Virus record (IMG/VR): IMGVR_UViG_3300050498_000076
Coordinates: 1 to 41,557 of that record
Direction: 5' to 3' (one strand)
Source of the DNA: a virus
Length of the DNA: 41,557 bases
Part shown: positions 18,901 to 25,163 of the stretch, piece by piece
Layout of the letters: each line of letters starts with the position of its first letter
Position numbering within the stretch: position 1 is the stretch's first letter
Program-made: the position numbers and the translations under genes
Notes under the pieces: generated by a model
Database searches by the model: none
What the model was told of the DNA's origin: nothing
What the model saw: only the letters and a program-made list of their open reading frames with translations

Positions 18901-21900
18901 GATCTTCTCCTTGAGCAGCTGCTTGGTCATGGCTGCGTTGCCTGCTGTGTCCGCCTGCTCTTGTGCGATCTCAGCTCGAGCCTGGGCTTCGGCGATCGTG
19001 CGGTTGCGTTCGTTGGCTTCCACTCGGGCCGCAGCTTCATCGGCGATGTTGCTGATGTGCTCGTTCCACGTGGTGCCATCATGCCTGGTTGCGTTCCCGA
19101 TCTCCGGGGGAAGCTCTCCCATCGTTTCATACATAGTCGCCAGGTCCCCTCGGTCAACCGCGGAGTTCAGTCTCTGCTCCCAGGCTGCCAGCTCGAACGC
19201 ACCGCCGTCGCCGGTGGTAGGATCTGCGGCTTCTTCTGCAGCGACCTTCTCGTAGTGGATGGCTGCGTCCCGCTCGATCGCCGGGTCGTAGTTGTGTCCC
19301 ATCGGGTAGATGTTCTCTCCGCTCCGGGCTCGCTGGATCATGGCTGTCAGCTGTGCCACTCCGCCGAGGTCGGTTGGGTTGTCGAGGTCGATCGGGTATC
19401 CGTCGTCGGCCAGCATCCTTGCCATCTCATCGATGCCGATCCCCTGCCTGGTAAATGCTCCGGGCATCCCACGTGGGTTGGGATCGCCGGTCAAGTCACG
19501 GGCCAGCGCCAGGGAGATTCCGCCGTGATTGCGGACGGCTCTGAGTAGCTTGGTGTTGTTGTCGATCGTGCGGTCGTTGCGTGATCGCCTGCCGGTGCCG
19601 GTGTCGACGGCTCGCTCTGCAGCTGCGGTTGCTTCGATGTCCTTCAGTTCGTTTCGCCTGGTCAGGATGCTGCTGATCCGCTCTGGTGTCAGGCGTGGGT
19701 CATCGAGCCCGGTCAAGTCCGGGATGCCGCCGTATGCTTCCTTCTTCAGGGCTCCTATCAAAGCGAACCGATCCTGCAGCACGTTGCGATCGTAGGGCAA
19801 TCCTACCCGGTTGAACTGCTCGGCTGCATCCCATACTGTGCTGACTCTGGTGGCTCGCTCTGCCTGCTCCTGTGCCTGGCGCTGCTCCGCTTCGGCGATC
19901 AGCTGGTTGCGTTCTTCTTCCAGGGTGGGCACGTCCCTGCGTTGTTCTTCGAGCCTGGTCAAGTTCTCAGCCTGGACGTTCTCCCTTGTGGGCCGGGTGG
20001 TCTGCTGGTACTCGCCTCGCAGCTGGTCGATCATCCCTTCGGCTGATGGTGCGGGTCCTGGTCCTGGCTGCGTGGGTCCACTGGGTAGTGCTGCTGTGCC
20101 GGTGGGTCCGGTGCCGCGTCGAACGATTCGCTCCAGTCGGCGGATGCCTTCCATGTTGATCCGTTCCAGCTCTGCGATCTGTGCGACCTTCTCTTGTCCA
20201 TAGTATTTGTACTTGGCTTGGGCTCTCTGGTCTTTGGTCATCCCCTCGAGAGACTTTCGGAACTTCCGTTCCCTGCTCACGATCTCATCGCTGAATCGGT
20301 TGGCGTCCTTCCACCATTTGCGTGCTGCTTCACCGGCTGCCGGTCCATGCATGTCGGTGTAGATGGTGGTCAGGCTCTCGCCGATGCGAGCGTCGTTGGC
20401 TTTCTTTGCTTCGAAGGCTTGGGAGAACCTGGTGTCGATCTCCTTCTGCAGCTCTGCCCAGGCTTTGTTGCTCTCGATGCTTCCTGCTCGATCGCCGGTG
20501 TACGTCTCGAAGAACGATCGGCGCTGCTCCCGCATGAAGCTGTAGGCGTCGCTCATCACCCGGTCGTTCTCTGCGATCGCAGCCAGCAGTCCACGTGCGG
20601 ACGGGTCGTTGCTCTTTCCCCAGGCTTCGAAGATGCCGAGGTAATTGGCGGCTGTGCGTGCGTTGATCCGCCTGAACTCCTCGCTGCTGATTCGGTAGGC
20701 TTCCTCGATGGCTCTGTTCTTAAGTGCCGTGTCCGGGACGTCTGCCAGGTCCTGGAAGATTTCGCCGAACCTATAGTAATGATCGAGCCAGGCGTCGGTG
20801 TATTTGCTGTTGACCTGCATGACCGTGTCGAGTGCGGCTGGTGCTCCTTCGAGTTCGACCTTGTTGGTCACGTTCTCTGCCATCGCTCGCAGGTCCCTGG
20901 CGGTCTGCATGTCGTTGTAATCCCTGGCGTGTTGGGCTGCCATCTTGAACGCACCACGGACCTGGTCCGGGGTCTGTGCCTTGGTCAGCGCATGATCTAA
21001 CGCGTCCAGCACACCGACCTTCTCCAGGAGTGTGGCTGCCTGGCTGGATGGGATGCCTACCTTCTGTGCGGCTTCGTTGATCAGCGTGCGGCTCATCATT
21101 CCCTGCTGCCTGCCAAAGATGAAGCGATCGATCTCCGGCTTGTTCATTCCGGCTTCTATCAAAGAGTAGATGGTGTTGGGGTTGATCCCTGCCTGCTCCA
21201 CCTGAGTGCGCAGCTGTGGGCTCATCTCCTGGAAGCCTACGCCTCGGCGCCAGGTCTTCGCCCATATATCTTTCATGGCGATCATGGTGCCGTGTTTGCT
21301 TTCGGTGCTCTCGAACCAGCTGCTGACTTTATTGAACGGCATTGCCTTGCCGATGTTGCTGACGATCCTTTGGGCTGCTCCGAGTGGTCCCCGTTGGTCC
21401 CCGCGTATAGCCATATCGATCGCCGATGTCTGGACACTCCCTCGTGTGGGTGCCATGTCCACTGCTCCGCCGATTCCCACTCCTTCTGATAAACGTGCAG
21501 GCTCCACTCCGAAGCGGGTCAGCCAGCTGTCGATCTGGTGTGGTGTCATGTACCCATAGATTCCGGTGGCGGCTCTGTGGACCATGTTGCTCAGTCCGTT
21601 CTGCAGTGCGTAGCCTGGGCTGCCGCCAAGCAGTAACACTGACTGTGCGCTCTTGAGTAGATGGGTCGTGCGGAAGAATGCTTTGCTCTCTGGCGTGTCC
21701 TTCCCTAAGCCTAACCGCTCGGCGGTCCACTCATCGAAGTGTGATCCGAGTGCATCCATCAGGCTGGCTTTCCATTGGTCCGGGTGCCAGTGCAGTGCTC
21801 CGGTGCCGGTGAACGCACCGACGATGTCTTGCAAGTGATCGGCTGTAAATCGACCAGCTTCGATCTCTCGCAGCAGATCCGCTCCGTCTTCACCGGCTGC

Positions 21901-24024
21901 CTGCAGTCGTTGGGTCAGGCGCTGCATGTCCTGGTCGGGTGTGCCTCGCTTCGCCAGGTCTTCTATCAACTTGCCAGGGTCTTCCCCTAGCACGTTTGAT
22001 ATCCGCATGAGCATGTCTCGCTTGGGTGCCGTCAGGTCCCATGCCTGGATCAATCCGTCCAGCTTCTCGATCTTGAAGTCCTTGAGGGCTGGCAGGATGG
22101 TGTACCACTCCGGGGATGCGGCTACCTTCCCGGCCATCTCTGACCAGAGTTTCATGTCGCCGTTGCTGACCGATCGGATCATCTTGCCGATCTCGTGCGG
22201 GTCTGCCATCGATGAGAGCAGCGTTCCGATGTTGTTGTAAAACATCGAGGCGCCTTCTCTTGCTCGGCTCTCTGGTGTGAGTGCTGCCCAGTCTTCCTTC
22301 AGCTTGCTCAAGAGTCCGGTTCGCTTGGCTGGTACGTCGAGCAGTCCGGTGTCGGTAAGTGGTCCGGCTTTGATCTGGTTCTTGCTGTTGATGCCTGCGA
22401 TCCACCGGCTGACGGGTCCCATCTGTTCGTATGAAAAGCCTGGCGCCACGTCGCCGGTCTGGACCAGGGTCTTGTATCTGCGTGCCGCTTCGAAGGGTGC
22501 GTTGGTTTCCATGAACGCACGTGCGGCTGTCTCGTTGCCCATCACCTTGGCGATGGAGAAGTTGATGGTGTTGGTGGCTTCCGGTAGCAGCTCCAGTGGA
22601 TCGATCGCTGCCTGCCCTGCAAAGTCGGCGATCTGTGCTCCGACGTACTGGCTGTGCTCGCCGAGCAGCTGGCGGACTACCACTCGTGGGTCTTCCCCTT
22701 TGATGATCGCATCGTGGATCGTGAGCCTGGCTTCTCTCAATAGCTCCGCGCTGTCGGTGACTCTGTATCGGTTCCCTGTGATCGGATTGATGGCGGTTGC
22801 CGTTGCCCTTTCTACTGGGGCGGCCTGTCCGAGGATGAAGTCTTCTCCTCCTTGTGCGAATTGGATGTTCTCCCGCTTCGCCACTGCCTTGATGTCTTCG
22901 ATCGATCTCACCCCTTGGGTGTCGCTCACTGCCATGATCAGTGCGATCGCTGGTATCCAGTTGCGTGCGCCCAGGAAATCTGACACCTCGTACGTTAGTC
23001 TGCCTGCTTCCCATGTCGCTTTGCGTGTCGCTTCATCCGTCAGCATTCGCTTGGCTGCTTCGGCTGCTTGCTCGTTGCCCTGCATCCCTGCGATCGCTGC
23101 GTCGAGGTATTGTGTTGCAAATCCCGCCGATTGCTCGGCTCCTTCAGACAGCTTATTAAGAACCGCCATCATACCTGCTGCGGTCGTGGGTTGATCAAGC
23201 ACTCCGCCTGTCGGGTCGTACTCTTGTCCGCCGATCAGGCCGAGCCCGTATCCCGCAGCTGCTCCTACTATGCGTCCAGGCACTCCAAAGATTCCACCGG
23301 CGTGCGCTCCTGCGAGTGCCATCGGGGATGCCATGATCTTTGGGTTGCTCATCAACTCGTAGTAGGTCTTCTGCCACTTAGGGACCCGGCTCCAGTTGAA
23401 GTTGGGGTCCTTCAGTATTTGATCTCGTGTCTCTACTGGGTATGCCGTGATATCAAACTGAGGGTTCTGCAGCAGCACCTTTCGTTGCTCGGTGCTCATG
23501 TCATCCCAGGCTGCTTCTCCCTGCTGCACTGCTTTGGGTGGTGCGAACGGTGACGCCTCGCCTGGTGGCTGCGCCTCCGGTGGTCCTTGTAAACTCTCCA
23601 GGTATGCGAGTGCTGGATCATCTCCGGGCAGGTACTTCCAGTCGGTCGGTGGTTTGCCGCCGTTGCGGAAGCTGTGCCAGTTGTATGCCTGCTCGATTGC
23701 CTTCTCTTGTCCCTGCATCCACGTCGGCAGGCTGATGTCCTTGGGCGTCGCTTTCAGGATCGCATATGCGTCGGCGACCTGGCGTGGGTCTTGACCGAAG
23801 TTCGGTGCGTATCCTAGCTGCCGTTCGAGTGCCTTCTTCGGACTGATGTAATTCTTTTGCATGTCCGGGGTCAGGCTGTTGTAATAATTGGCGTAGTGCT
23901 GCTGGTAATACTCGCTCGGCTTGACGTCTGGTGGATTGCGAATGTCGATCGGCACCGGCTTGGGTTGCTGGATCGTCACTGTCTGCTGCGGGATGTTCTT
24001 GGGTGGCTTCTTGATTGGAGGCAT
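9937..24024 (-). CDS. Giant multidomain ('polyvalent'-type) virion/ejection protein candidate (4,695 aa) containing a GGDEF domain, an HExxH motif and an internal module duplication
   Basis: Uninterrupted 14,088-nt track ORF with ATG at 24024. It follows portal and small internal-protein-like genes. Domain evidence is listed under separate features. Confidence 0.9.
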   Translation of the reverse strand: MPPIKKPPKNIPQQTVTIQQPKPVPIDIRNPPDVKPSEYYQQHYANYYNSLTPDMQKNYISPKKALERQLGYAPNFGQDPRQVADAYAILKATPKDISLPTWMQGQEKAIEQAYNWHSFRNGGKPPTDWKYLPGDDPALAYLESLQGPPEAQPPGEASPFAPPKAVQQGEAAWDDMSTEQRKVLLQNPQFDITAYPVETRDQILKDPNFNWSRVPKWQKTYYELMSNPKIMASPMALAGAHAGGIFGVPGRIVGAAAGYGLGLIGGQEYDPTGGVLDQPTTAAGMMAVLNKLSEGAEQSAGFATQYLDAAIAGMQGNEQAAEAAKRMLTDEATRKATWEAGRLTYEVSDFLGARNWIPAIALIMAVSDTQGVRSIEDIKAVAKRENIQFAQGGEDFILGQAAPVERATATAINPITGNRYRVTDSAELLREARLTIHDAIIKGEDPRVVVRQLLGEHSQYVGAQIADFAGQAAIDPLELLPEATNTINFSIAKVMGNETAARAFMETNAPFEAARRYKTLVQTGDVAPGFSYEQMGPVSRWIAGINSKNQIKAGPLTDTGLLDVPAKRTGLLSKLKEDWAALTPESRAREGASMFYNNIGTLLSSMADPHEIGKMIRSVSNGDMKLWSEMAGKVAASPEWYTILPALKDFKIEKLDGLIQAWDLTAPKRDMLMRISNVLGEDPGKLIEDLAKRGTPDQDMQRLTQRLQAAGEDGADLLREIEAGRFTADHLQDIVGAFTGTGALHWHPDQWKASLMDALGSHFDEWTAERLGLGKDTPESKAFFRTTHLLKSAQSVLLLGGSPGYALQNGLSNMVHRAATGIYGYMTPHQIDSWLTRFGVEPARLSEGVGIGGAVDMAPTRGSVQTSAIDMAIRGDQRGPLGAAQRIVSNIGKAMPFNKVSSWFESTESKHGTMIAMKDIWAKTWRRGVGFQEMSPQLRTQVEQAGINPNTIYSLIEAGMNKPEIDRFIFGRQQGMMSRTLINEAAQKVGIPSSQAATLLEKVGVLDALDHALTKAQTPDQVRGAFKMAAQHARDYNDMQTARDLRAMAENVTNKVELEGAPAALDTVMQVNSKYTDAWLDHYYRFGEIFQDLADVPDTALKNRAIEEAYRISSEEFRRINARTAANYLGIFEAWGKSNDPSARGLLAAIAENDRVMSDAYSFMREQRRSFFETYTGDRAGSIESNKAWAELQKEIDTRFSQAFEAKKANDARIGESLTTIYTDMHGPAAGEAARKWWKDANRFSDEIVSRERKFRKSLEGMTKDQRAQAKYKYYGQEKVAQIAELERINMEGIRRLERIVRRGTGPTGTAALPSGPTQPGPGPAPSAEGMIDQLRGEYQQTTRPTRENVQAENLTRLEEQRRDVPTLEEERNQLIAEAEQRQAQEQAERATRVSTVWDAAEQFNRVGLPYDRNVLQDRFALIGALKKEAYGGIPDLTGLDDPRLTPERISSILTRRNELKDIEATAAAERAVDTGTGRRSRNDRTIDNNTKLLRAVRNHGGISLALARDLTGDPNPRGMPGAFTRQGIGIDEMARMLADDGYPIDLDNPTDLGGVAQLTAMIQRARSGENIYPMGHNYDPAIERDAAIHYEKVAAEEAADPTTGDGGAFELAAWEQRLNSAVDRGDLATMYETMGELPPEIGNATRHDGTTWNEHISNIADEAAARVEANERNRTIAEAQARAEIAQEQADTAGNAAMTKQLLKEKIIQEMGLPVEQAEAYMTISDAVATWYSNVTGEDQANFYARYYEDIRKAASDEGLLKQTGEAPVWYTKSEQAITAIRQETMTVDQLRGMLQKAGIKAEEMQWTGLNDFLAERTGKITKAEVQEVLDANRMEMTEIVKGGGNEPDPDVVIDAAFDNLNEQHGWRTQAARMSRKGYELDAFVDDEGSLQFGWHDAKAEGDIITSDEMPPGDIQRTAVKMEMTLEREYRYQTQSRRESDSPTKYHSYTLPGDHTNYQEVLFTMPGKRPDTLPATTTMKQTMLNGRQVYQYWDGDQVVGAGPTPMDAHASALEHYRANPPAKYQSSHWDEPNVLAHTRLTDRVDADGKRVLMVEEIQSDWHQAGRQKGYKRELSVDEQAELNFLQDQANNGWEELPENNSYMDLMGEFEKKYRDEQGRQLAWRYELDADEEARYNAARQASEQAEQVAQARLDELQKGTSGVEPAPFQKTWHEMVMKRILRKAADEGYDRVAWTTGEQQADRYNLAKQVDHIDSSMNPDGTYNIDAVKGRQTLLNREGLTPEQLADTIGKDLAEKIVAADHSQAATHRWEGENLKVGGEGMKGFYDQMLPSWVNKYAKKWGAQVSGTQLTKTVEAYRVRRSDGSYVDWEGEVQTYTSRREAAKKAEWFNGTVEPVQLTQEAGTVHSLDVTPEMRQAVMEGQPLFQIQPINRSLTSDETSFYAQALVRQGAKHVGHALQAESTLGARRQIIDAVYKLDPKMAEAVARQNIDLLFQRDPDAYYQTWLEEARASYKPTKRTDWTKRAIETFGATEYDPNSPLTALWLTPEGKLIALEEHGVIAEVMGPGEGAYRGDEFANETGSVHWWVSPDETNIDLVNTVPTAAQLKVIRQILKDHPSDMITFDIRDANGESLVSDRALATPSGINKIAQIAKKVFESNEPSKAIPSMQRAIDEFQFQDMGAAPKGAVQFGPDGIKATILAFERADVSTVIHENAHIYRRVMTDVVARTGNEQVRADLQVIEQWAGVRDGVWHRAAEEKYARAFERYITEGKAPTPALRKAFEAMRDWMLGIYKVITGSAIDVKIAPEVKAAFDRMLGAEDPRASYKKPIDVTSEIAARTEMHLAELRQGTPPSPEMLEQVGIGNIWYTKAEQTITAWRQEVMTIDQLKGVLQKAGIRADEMKWSGLDDLLKTRTGKITKAEVMDVLNTHRIDIKEVKKGKGSTDIDMQEIAERTWEKLETDSGWQLYKQALEEQGFTHDTDPDDPMRQIFTDLDGKVYGLGSMPERARRYANDMSRIYGTTWNFHVEEATRNRTGGATKYQNYTLPGGENYREILYTMPTPPIKAPTELPALAAPRQYGPEDWRVHYNGELLGIGDTETEARTMALESLARNERPGGEVLYKSSHWEEPNVLAHTRLTDRVDADGKRVLMVEEIQSDWHQAGRQKGYRDPEIDRARQAQKAQVDQLGLDYFNIEKDLAYRIMEWNKTDEAKTTWIRARDGTLLYEGTDKKQAFLIKRENAGSYEDFNAAMQYPQDILDDQARAQEIYRQWDAEKVKMEALPETGPISQAPFQKTWHELVMKRILRMAAEEGYERVAWTTGKQQAERYNLSKQVDYIASWRKPDGTYNIEAIKQDQTLLDRQGLTPEQVEEIVGKDLATKITESPDTSNEWRDADLEVGGEGMKGFYDKMLPAWADKYGKKWGAQVGETTVGTPELLDLPERHALVTPDVLRRAAEMEPDEVMSDLLRKQADFVEDGGFLDSSYVTPGLRGTEQTKKLVNFYSSEGNRVHSIDVTPAMKKSVMEGQPLFQRAEPEMIDHINHRKWYRTALPGAEAIQERGTFYASSYAEAEFYGRPIDEPFDVNVSNPLVGDEITIMQTLGIEPPDMINSIDDRFALDAKMKKAAQAQGYDAIAVLTEPAFDRYKTTGRMPRSIELNVLDDTHTMTQGNAQTVSQAIKAFGLTPVFEDAGFILADGRMLDFNRTSDDMRYHAEIAELWPDQFDQADLETTDVYAPAIDKFVNEAKAIRLSADYKETSLQIGGPLTEAQTRLLRRSIGNDVNHQLHVDIRRPDGTSLSLQGDASPTGFRQLMKQIREATGEQSTLYQFEGREALQQSADRRNTAAARLREIWDKLDATERTEARDWLLNKTLTDPLSGLETVVALGIDSKPDGWLEATSDLNGLTAINNTFGHEAGDQIITGIGRVAKTEIERVGGRAFRKGGDEFVYWFPDEATAKDALAAIDRQVAELEFEIGGKKRTGFSVSYGIGEDLAAADVQLYADKQRRIETGQRPPKGQRDTMPPSVRLVGEAPLGTMDNASSFRADSEWMDEGYRNHVQPLLDAMQDVAINKLQTERPLDGAMKDVSPAGQKMLRDYVSQVQSDMGAVKNSTIKWGESQRDFAMLNYQRRYGFDRHLESVAPYEFYYTRSLLTWAMRGLDKPTWYANYARIRNMQDKHERDISERLRGKFKIAAPWMPDWMGDALYIDPMQMLFAPANFLRPIEAMRRDKNMQVIETERILQEMAADGSAQQDQVAAAAASQSGALWERASAEAAQRREAEISNPFDFMATMFGPAWYLSTPLNMMGIEVPGISKGDRNKVTNLPLTNTARAIETVTQGTWAEPIGQLIGLAGKPEQWARKKLNLPEFGEYGNYYIDRQLANMVAEGLITSDQAQTTMIERQGELFEQARQRVKMELAMKTPLAGTIYAATHEGAIAGTQAFLPSLFGSQLLPAGELEYRGLKGEWNEAWKKADNGDKDAINQFFDDHPEYEAYLAKGKEPQDRLRSFMIGNIWDAYMALGDTNRKAATAQLGDEFQRSFLDTETRDMESIPVETLTQWAQMLGTMIPRTEQTAPIIDVPQAQQPALNLYDPSVTAITDSFYTQRREKFPEYYMLEQGYYSLAKSDRAAYLLKFPKLDAYWKWRDLEYYKKYPVLKPILQGKVFKQVDTSTWPDGLEQFVVLYAATGKKLGKGATLAMQQVWLKEGQPYGDFQTWLDAQVVPAMLYQQPAAAGPIQ
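12125..12525 (-). other. GGDEF (diguanylate-cyclase-type) domain-coding segment of the giant gene (about aa 3834-3967)
   Basis: The translation reads SDLNGLTAINNTFGHEAGDQIITGIGRV...GGRAFRKGGDEFVYWF. GGDEF itself is encoded at 12307..12321. The metal-binding Asp, the N of INN and the D of GD (PleD N335/D344 equivalents, aligned by eye) are present. No RxxD I-site precedes GGDEF. Confidence 0.8.
13555..15560 (-). repeat. Internal module copy A of the giant gene (about aa 2822-3490)
   Basis: Paralogous to 16860..18740. The two share WYTK(S/A)EQ..I.., a 40-aa identical block (EPNVLAHTRLTDRVDADGKRVLMVEEIQSDWHQAGRQKGY), APFQKTWHE.VMKRILR, GGEGMKGFYD.MLP and VMEGQPLFQ. Confidence 0.75.
15994..16008 (-). 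other. HExxH (HENAH) zincin-like motif in the inter-module segment of the giant gene
   Basis: The translation reads STVIHENAHIYRRVM (aa 2673-2677). This is a motif only; the fold is not verified. Confidence 0.35.
16860..18740 (-). repeat. Internal module copy B of the giant gene (about aa 1762-2389)
   Basis: See copy A. The 134-nt stretches 14638..14771 and 17812..17945 differ at about 8 positions by my count. Confidence 0.75.
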
Positions 24025-24192
24025 GTTGATATCCTATCGTCATTCCTGGTGGTGGTGGCCATGGCTCTGTTGGTCCCTACCGCCAGTTACGGTGGTGGTG
24101 CACTGGCATCGCCGTTCCTGGTGGTAGGTGCCGGCCACTCTCGCCGGTTCTGGTGGTGCGGGATCTCATCGTCGTATGTGGTGGTGCTCAGT
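24025..24192 (-). repeat. Leader of the giant gene: about 5 degenerate ~28-43-nt units with a CACCACCA core (minus sense)
   Basis: Minus-sense units include CACCACCAcatacgacgatg, CACCACCAgaaccggcgag, tACCACCAggaacggcgatg, CACCACCACCgtaactggcgg and CCACCACCACCAggaatgacgata. The last ends 13 nt before the ATG. Confidence 0.5.
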
Positions 24193-24957
24193 TCACTCGC
24201 CGTAGTTCCATGAGTTGAGCCCAAGGTAAAAGTTGGGATTGTTCGGCTGGTAGCCATAGCCACCACCCCACCCACCGCCACCGCCTTTGGGCTTCCACTT
24301 CCCTCCCCAGTTCGATCCGTACGATGATCCGAAGCCCATTGGCTCGGTCAGCGATTCCAATACCGGGAAGTAGGGTTGCCCGACGTTGACCCCTCCACTG
24401 CCTGATAAGAATGACCCGGTGGGATAAACTGCCGGGTTGGTCGGTGGTTGATAGATCGATCCGTCGTTCATGATCGTGCCGCCTCCGCCGATAACTGATC
24501 CGGTCGGGATTGGTTGTGTGGGTGCCATCCCCGGATATTGTCCGGGTTGAAGCAGGTCTGCGTACCAGGGTGTTGCGGGTCCAGTTCCTTGCCAGCCACC
24601 ACCACCGGCTGGCTGGTGATCCTTGGGGCGTTTCTTCTTCACCGGCACTCCAGCTGGTACGACTGCTGGTGCGTTGGTCGGCGTGTAGGTCGGCAGGTTC
24701 AGCGAAGGTGATGGGTTGTAGCTTCCACCGTAGGCTGGTCCGGGTGGGTGCTGCCACCACTGCAGCGATTGCCCTGTGCCGTAGTGACCCTTCTTGCCGA
24801 TCGGCTGCTGCCTGATTCGTTTGTTCGTGCTGCTGCTGTTCAGTGGTGGTGTTGGTTTGTTTCGTACTCCAGGAGGCATTGGTATCTCCAGTGTGCTCAC
24901 GGCTATCAGTATGGCTGCGAGCAACAATAAAAAGATTGGGTCGAGTTTCTTTCTCAT
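24193..24957 (-). CDS. Signal-anchored Gly/Pro/aromatic-rich low-complexity protein (254 aa from ATG 24957)
   Basis: The track ORF runs 24193..25044. The internal ATG at 24957 gives ATGA coupling and starts MRKKLDPIFLLLLAAILIAVS (a hydrophobic signal/anchor). The C-terminus reads WGGKWKPKGGGGGWGGGYGYQPNNPNFY. Confidence 0.62.
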   Translation of the reverse strand: MRKKLDPIFLLLLAAILIAVSTLEIPMPPGVRNKPTPPLNSSSTNKRIRQQPIGKKGHYGTGQSLQWWQHPPGPAYGGSYNPSPSLNLPTYTPTNAPAVVPAGVPVKKKRPKDHQPAGGGGWQGTGPATPWYADLLQPGQYPGMAPTQPIPTGSVIGGGGTIMNDGSIYQPPTNPAVYPTGSFLSGSGGVNVGQPYFPVLESLTEPMGFGSSYGSNWGGKWKPKGGGGGWGGGYGYQPNNPNFYLGLNSWNYGE

Positions 24958-25163
24958 GTTTGGATCATCTCCATGATCTTGGCGTAGGTCTTTGGTAGTT
25001 GTTGTTTCACCATCTCTTTCTGGTCTGGCGGCATGGTCATCCATCTCAATGCCAGCGCACTGACCATCATCGGCGCCGCCAGGTCCTGTTTGAATTCTTC
25101 GACGATCTCCATTGCGATCGCCTGCACTTCCAGCTTGATATCGGTTAGGTCGAGGTCGCTCAT
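24954..25163 (-). CDS. Small hypothetical protein (69 aa)
   Basis: This is the C-terminal part of track ORF 24954..25439. ATG 25163 forms ATGA overlaps with both neighbours. The upstream part of the track ORF is off-frame over the 163-aa gene. Confidence 0.6.
   Translation of the reverse strand: MSDLDLTDIKLEVQAIAMEIVEEFKQDLAAPMMVSALALRWMTMPPDQKEMVKQQLPKTYAKIMEMIQT

Noticed and set aside
16601-23014. Minus-strand alternative-frame ORFs rich in Arg/Pro/Gly (for example 21890..23014 at 374 aa, 16601..17122 at 173 aa and 20771..21265 at 164 aa)
   Set aside because: They are off-frame overlaps within the giant ORF with extreme R/P/G/T composition, which is typical of out-of-frame translation of GC-rich coding DNA.
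15562-23194. Long plus-strand ORFs inside the giant gene (for example 15562..16668 at 368 aa, 17995..19548 at 517 aa, 20194..21000 at 268 aa and 22277..23194 at 305 aa)
   Set aside because: They are antisense shadows of a codon-biased 4,695-aa minus-strand ORF. Their compositions are biased toward Cys, Arg, Ser, Val and Leu, they have no RBS or motifs, and the pairs of similar plus-strand 'proteins' simply mirror the internal duplication.
24025-24192. Could the CACCACCA repeats be a CRISPR array or a minisatellite?
   Set aside because: The units are degenerate, differ in length (about 22-43 nt between cores), lack unique spacers of constant size and have no cas genes nearby. They are treated as regulatory or leader repeats instead.
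24188-24760. 190-aa alternative-frame ORF and 24087..24281 ORF overlapping the Gly/Pro-rich gene and its downstream leader
   Set aside because: They are frame shadows of the repetitive GGN/CCN-rich sequence. The frame with the signal peptide and ATGA coupling (24193..24957) is the coherent one.
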